Shown here piece after piece: positions 60,998 to 64,000 of a stretch of DNA of 64,000 bases (position 1 is the first letter of the stretch; the number at the start of each line of letters is the position of its first letter). Location: the NCBI RefSeq assembly GCF_003018235.1, contig NZ_CP027437.1; one strand, 5' to 3'. Origin of the DNA: Escherichia coli. Lineage in GTDB: Bacteria > Pseudomonadota > Gammaproteobacteria > Enterobacterales > Enterobacteriaceae. The notes beneath the pieces are model-generated. The model worked only from the letters and a program-made list of their open reading frames with translations, was not told the origin of the DNA and searched no databases. A program made the translations under genes and the position numbers.

Positions 60998-61015
60998 TCG
61001 GTTTTGTGTTCTGAA

Positions 61016-61050
61016 TGCCAGATGCGGCGTGAACGCCTTATCTGGCCTGC
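61016..61050. repeat. REP element downstream of yejK
   Basis: gccagatgcggcgtgaacgccttatctggcctgc. Confidence 0.8.
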
Positions 61051-61135
61051 AAAAAATAGCAATACCGTAATCAGGCATATTCTGCAGATACAAAAAACCC
61101 CGCCGGAGCGGGGTTTTTTACAACTTATTCAGCAA

Positions 61136-61528
<393 letters not shown>

Positions 61529-61544
61529 TCAATCAAAACTACCA

Positions 61545-63305
61545 TTAACCGCGTAATTCGTGCGCCCGACGAAAACGACCTTCGTAATCGAACACTTTTT
61601 CACGCACTTGCCAGTACTGACCTTTCATGCGGGCGACGACAAAATCCGGGTGTCGCAGTAATGCTTGCTGGGCGAGGATATCGGCGGCGGTGATCCAGCG
61701 CAGAGGGATGCCCGGTGTGCGCGTATGCGGACGGATAAAAAGTTGTTCGAAGGCGGTACGCTGGGCGGGCGTTTGTAGACGGAAACGCTCACTCACATCC
61801 GCGCCGTCTTCATCGTAATAGGTGATTTTCAACCATTCGCCTTTCTCGTCGTGCCCATGCTGCAAAGACATGCCGCTACAGCGTAATACCAGCGCGTCTT
61901 TCAGTCGTAGCGCCGCTTTTAACATATCATCCGGATCAACCAGTACGGTGTCACATTCGCGGCAGCGGCGGGCGGCAATATCATTTTCTGCGTTACATTG
62001 CGGGCAATTTTTAAAACGGAAACGGAAGTCACACTGTTCTCGATGACCGTCGTCATCTTCAAACCATCCCTGACAGCGACGACCAAAGTGTTCAATCAAT
62101 GTCCCGTCAGCGGTCGTTTTCCCCCAAAAGGTGTTGGCAAAACCGCAGGCAGGGCAGAAAACCTGTACCGGGACGTTGTCACTTTTGCCTTTCGGTGTAC
62201 CAACTTCCGGCGCGTAGAGATCGTGAGGATTACCCGCATAATCAAGAATTAAGCAATCAGTCTTGCCAGGAGCGAGACGCAGACCGCGCCCGACAATTTG
62301 TTGGTAAAGACTCACCGATTCGGTAGGGCGCAGAATGGCGATAAGATCGACGTGCGGGGCGTCAAATCCGGTGGTCAGTACCGCGACGTTGACCAGATAG
62401 CGAAAACGCTGGGCTTTAAAATCTTCAATTAACACATCGCGCTCAGCGCCGGGTGTGTCTCCAGTAATCAGTGCAGCATCTTCGGCAGGCAGCAGTCCCA
62501 CTATCTCCTTGGCGTGTTCAACGGTGGCGGCGAAAATCATCACTCCTTTACGCTTTTCGGCGAACTCCATAATCTGGCTGATGATGTGGGGGGTAATACG
62601 TTGCTGTTTTTTCAGCTCACGGTTGAGATCGGCTTCACTGAACAAACCGTTACTCTGTGCCTGCAAGCGGCTGAAATCGTATTGCACTACTGGCATATCC
62701 AGTCGTTCTGGCGGCGTCAGATAGCCGTGTTTAATCATATAACGCAGCGGCAGCTCATAAATGCAGTCACGGAAAAGGGCTTTCTCATCCCCGCGTACCA
62801 TGCCGTGATAATGGAACTGGTAGATCCAGCCTTTGCCCAGTCGAAAAGGCGTGGCAGTCAGCCCCAGCAGGCGTAAGTGGGGATTCACTTTGGTCAGGTG
62901 AGTGAGGATTTGCTGATACTGGCTCTCTTCATCGTCACCAATACGGTGACATTCATCGACAATCAACAGCGAAAATTCACCCTGAAAGGCATCAAGATTA
63001 CGGGCGACCGACTGCACGCTGCCAAATACCACTTTACCGTGGCTCTCTTTGCGCTTTAGCCCGGCGGCAAAAATATCGGCTTCCAGTCCCAGTGCCTGAT
63101 ATTTTGCATGGTTTTGCGCCACCAGTTCTTTAACATGTGCCAGCACCAGCACGCGACCACGAGCCAGCCGCGCCAGTTCCGCTATCACCAGGCTTTTACC
63201 TGCACCGGTGGGCAGCACGATAACGGCAGGGGTTTTATGACGACGAAAATGGTTGAGCGTGGCATCCACGGCTTCTTGCTGATATGGGCGGAGTGTAAAA
63301 ATCAT
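61545..63305 (-). CDS. radD: ATP-dependent DNA helicase RadD (YejH), SF2
   Basis: 586 aa with Walker [13 protein letters not shown] box, and a C-terminal zinc-finger Cys cluster. Confidence 0.85.
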   Translation of the reverse strand: MIFTLRPYQQEAVDATLNHFRRHKTPAVIVLPTGAGKSLVIAELARLARGRVLVLAHVKELVAQNHAKYQALGLEADIFAAGLKRKESHGKVVFGSVQSVARNLDAFQGEFSLLIVDECHRIGDDEESQYQQILTHLTKVNPHLRLLGLTATPFRLGKGWIYQFHYHGMVRGDEKALFRDCIYELPLRYMIKHGYLTPPERLDMPVVQYDFSRLQAQSNGLFSEADLNRELKKQQRITPHIISQIMEFAEKRKGVMIFAATVEHAKEIVGLLPAEDAALITGDTPGAERDVLIEDFKAQRFRYLVNVAVLTTGFDAPHVDLIAILRPTESVSLYQQIVGRGLRLAPGKTDCLILDYAGNPHDLYAPEVGTPKGKSDNVPVQVFCPACGFANTFWGKTTADGTLIEHFGRRCQGWFEDDDGHREQCDFRFRFKNCPQCNAENDIAARRCRECDTVLVDPDDMLKAALRLKDALVLRCSGMSLQHGHDEKGEWLKITYYDEDGADVSERFRLQTPAQRTAFEQLFIRPHTRTPGIPLRWITAADILAQQALLRHPDFVVARMKGQYWQVREKVFDYEGRFRRAHELRG

Positions 63306-63454
63306 GGTCTCGCGTAGGTAGATTATTCTGCTAATAGTATGCCACGGATCTTTTTCCCTTGAGGGAAGTTATTAGACCGCTATACTGGGCAGACAACAGT
63401 TCAGATTTTCGGGTCATTACCCGACCTCCGTTTTTTACAGGCAAAATCACACAC

Positions 63455-64000
63455 ATGCGACTTGATAAATTTATCGCACAGCAACTCGGCGTTAGCCGTG
63501 CTATTGCCGGGCGTGAAATCCGCGGCAATCGTGTCACCGTCGATGGCGAAATCGTCCGTAATGCAGCGTTCAAACTGCTCCCTGAACATGATGTCGCTTA
63601 CGATGGCAACCCGCTGGCGCAGCAACACGGTCCACGTTACTTCATGCTCAATAAGCCTCAGGGCTATGTTTGCTCCACGGACGACCCTGATCACCCAACG
63701 GTGCTCTATTTTCTGGATGAACCGGTAGCGTGGAAACTGCACGCCGCAGGGCGTCTGGATATCGATACCACCGGTCTGGTGCTGATGACAGATGATGGTC
63801 AGTGGTCGCACCGCATTACTTCTCCGCGCCATCATTGTGAGAAGACCTATCTGGTGACGCTGGAATCACCCGTAGCTGACGATACGGCAGAGCAATTTGC
63901 TAAAGGCGTGCAGCTGCATAACGAAAAAGATCTCACTAAGCCGGCGGTGCTGGAAGTGATTACCCCAACGCAGGTTCGTTTGACCATCAGCGAAGGGCGT
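63455..64000 (+). CDS. rsuA: 16S rRNA pseudouridine516 synthase RsuA (5' part; continues beyond the window)
   Basis: [23 protein letters not shown]... S4 domain followed by a pseudouridine synthase core. No stop before the window end. Confidence 0.8.

Overview
This 64-kb window is Escherichia coli chromosome, in the region syntenic with K-12 yfaA to rsuA but in reverse orientation. I identified genes by recognising protein sequences and gene order. I ran no database search.

The core genes, left to right:
- yfaA (3' part), yfaT, yfaS (alpha-2-macroglobulin, split by a frameshift as in K-12), yfaQ and yfaP.
- The atoSC-atoDAEB short-chain fatty acid locus with its sigma54 promoter.
- rcsC, rcsB and rcsD.
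- micF sRNA divergent from ompC.
- apbE, ada-alkB, yojI, mqo and eco.
- The complete napFDAGHBC-ccmABCDEFGH periplasmic nitrate reductase and cytochrome c maturation operon.
- narP, then an intact yejO autotransporter.
- After the island: tRNA-Pro (proL), yejM, yejL, yejK, rplY, radD (yejH) and the start of rsuA.

REP/BIME repeat clusters lie at convergent gene ends. I found no CRISPR array and no IS transposase.

The main accessory feature is a roughly 10.3-kb integrative island, about 47315..57649. It sits between the yejO terminator and the 3' end of proL, where K-12 has these loci adjacent.
- It carries a P4/DUF4102-type integrase next to the tRNA, and TTAGTTATACG arm-type repeats at both ends.
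- It has an AlpA-like regulator, a large AAA/RepA-like replicase followed by about 7 CCTCACTTTTT iterons (a candidate origin), and a PerC-like regulator.
- There is a second, internal tyrosine recombinase.
- The only morphogenetic gene is a 631-aa fusion of a ClpP/S49-like prohead protease to an HK97-fold major capsid protein.
- Several small ORFs of unknown function sit in the cargo slots.

This looks like a minimal capsid-encoding phage satellite, of the PICI or P4-like kind. Its non-coding regions contain:
- a duplicated roughly 100-bp cassette with a TGAT-N-ATCA dyad in front of two minus-strand modules;
- a candidate roughly 75-nt sRNA antisense to the capsid operon leader;
- a 40-bp palindrome in front of alpA;
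- a triple GTGTCTTACAC operator set at a divergent switch.

I consider this island, especially the single protease-capsid fusion and the unannotatable small cargo genes, the most likely site of any undescribed system, for example satellite interference or anti-phage functions.
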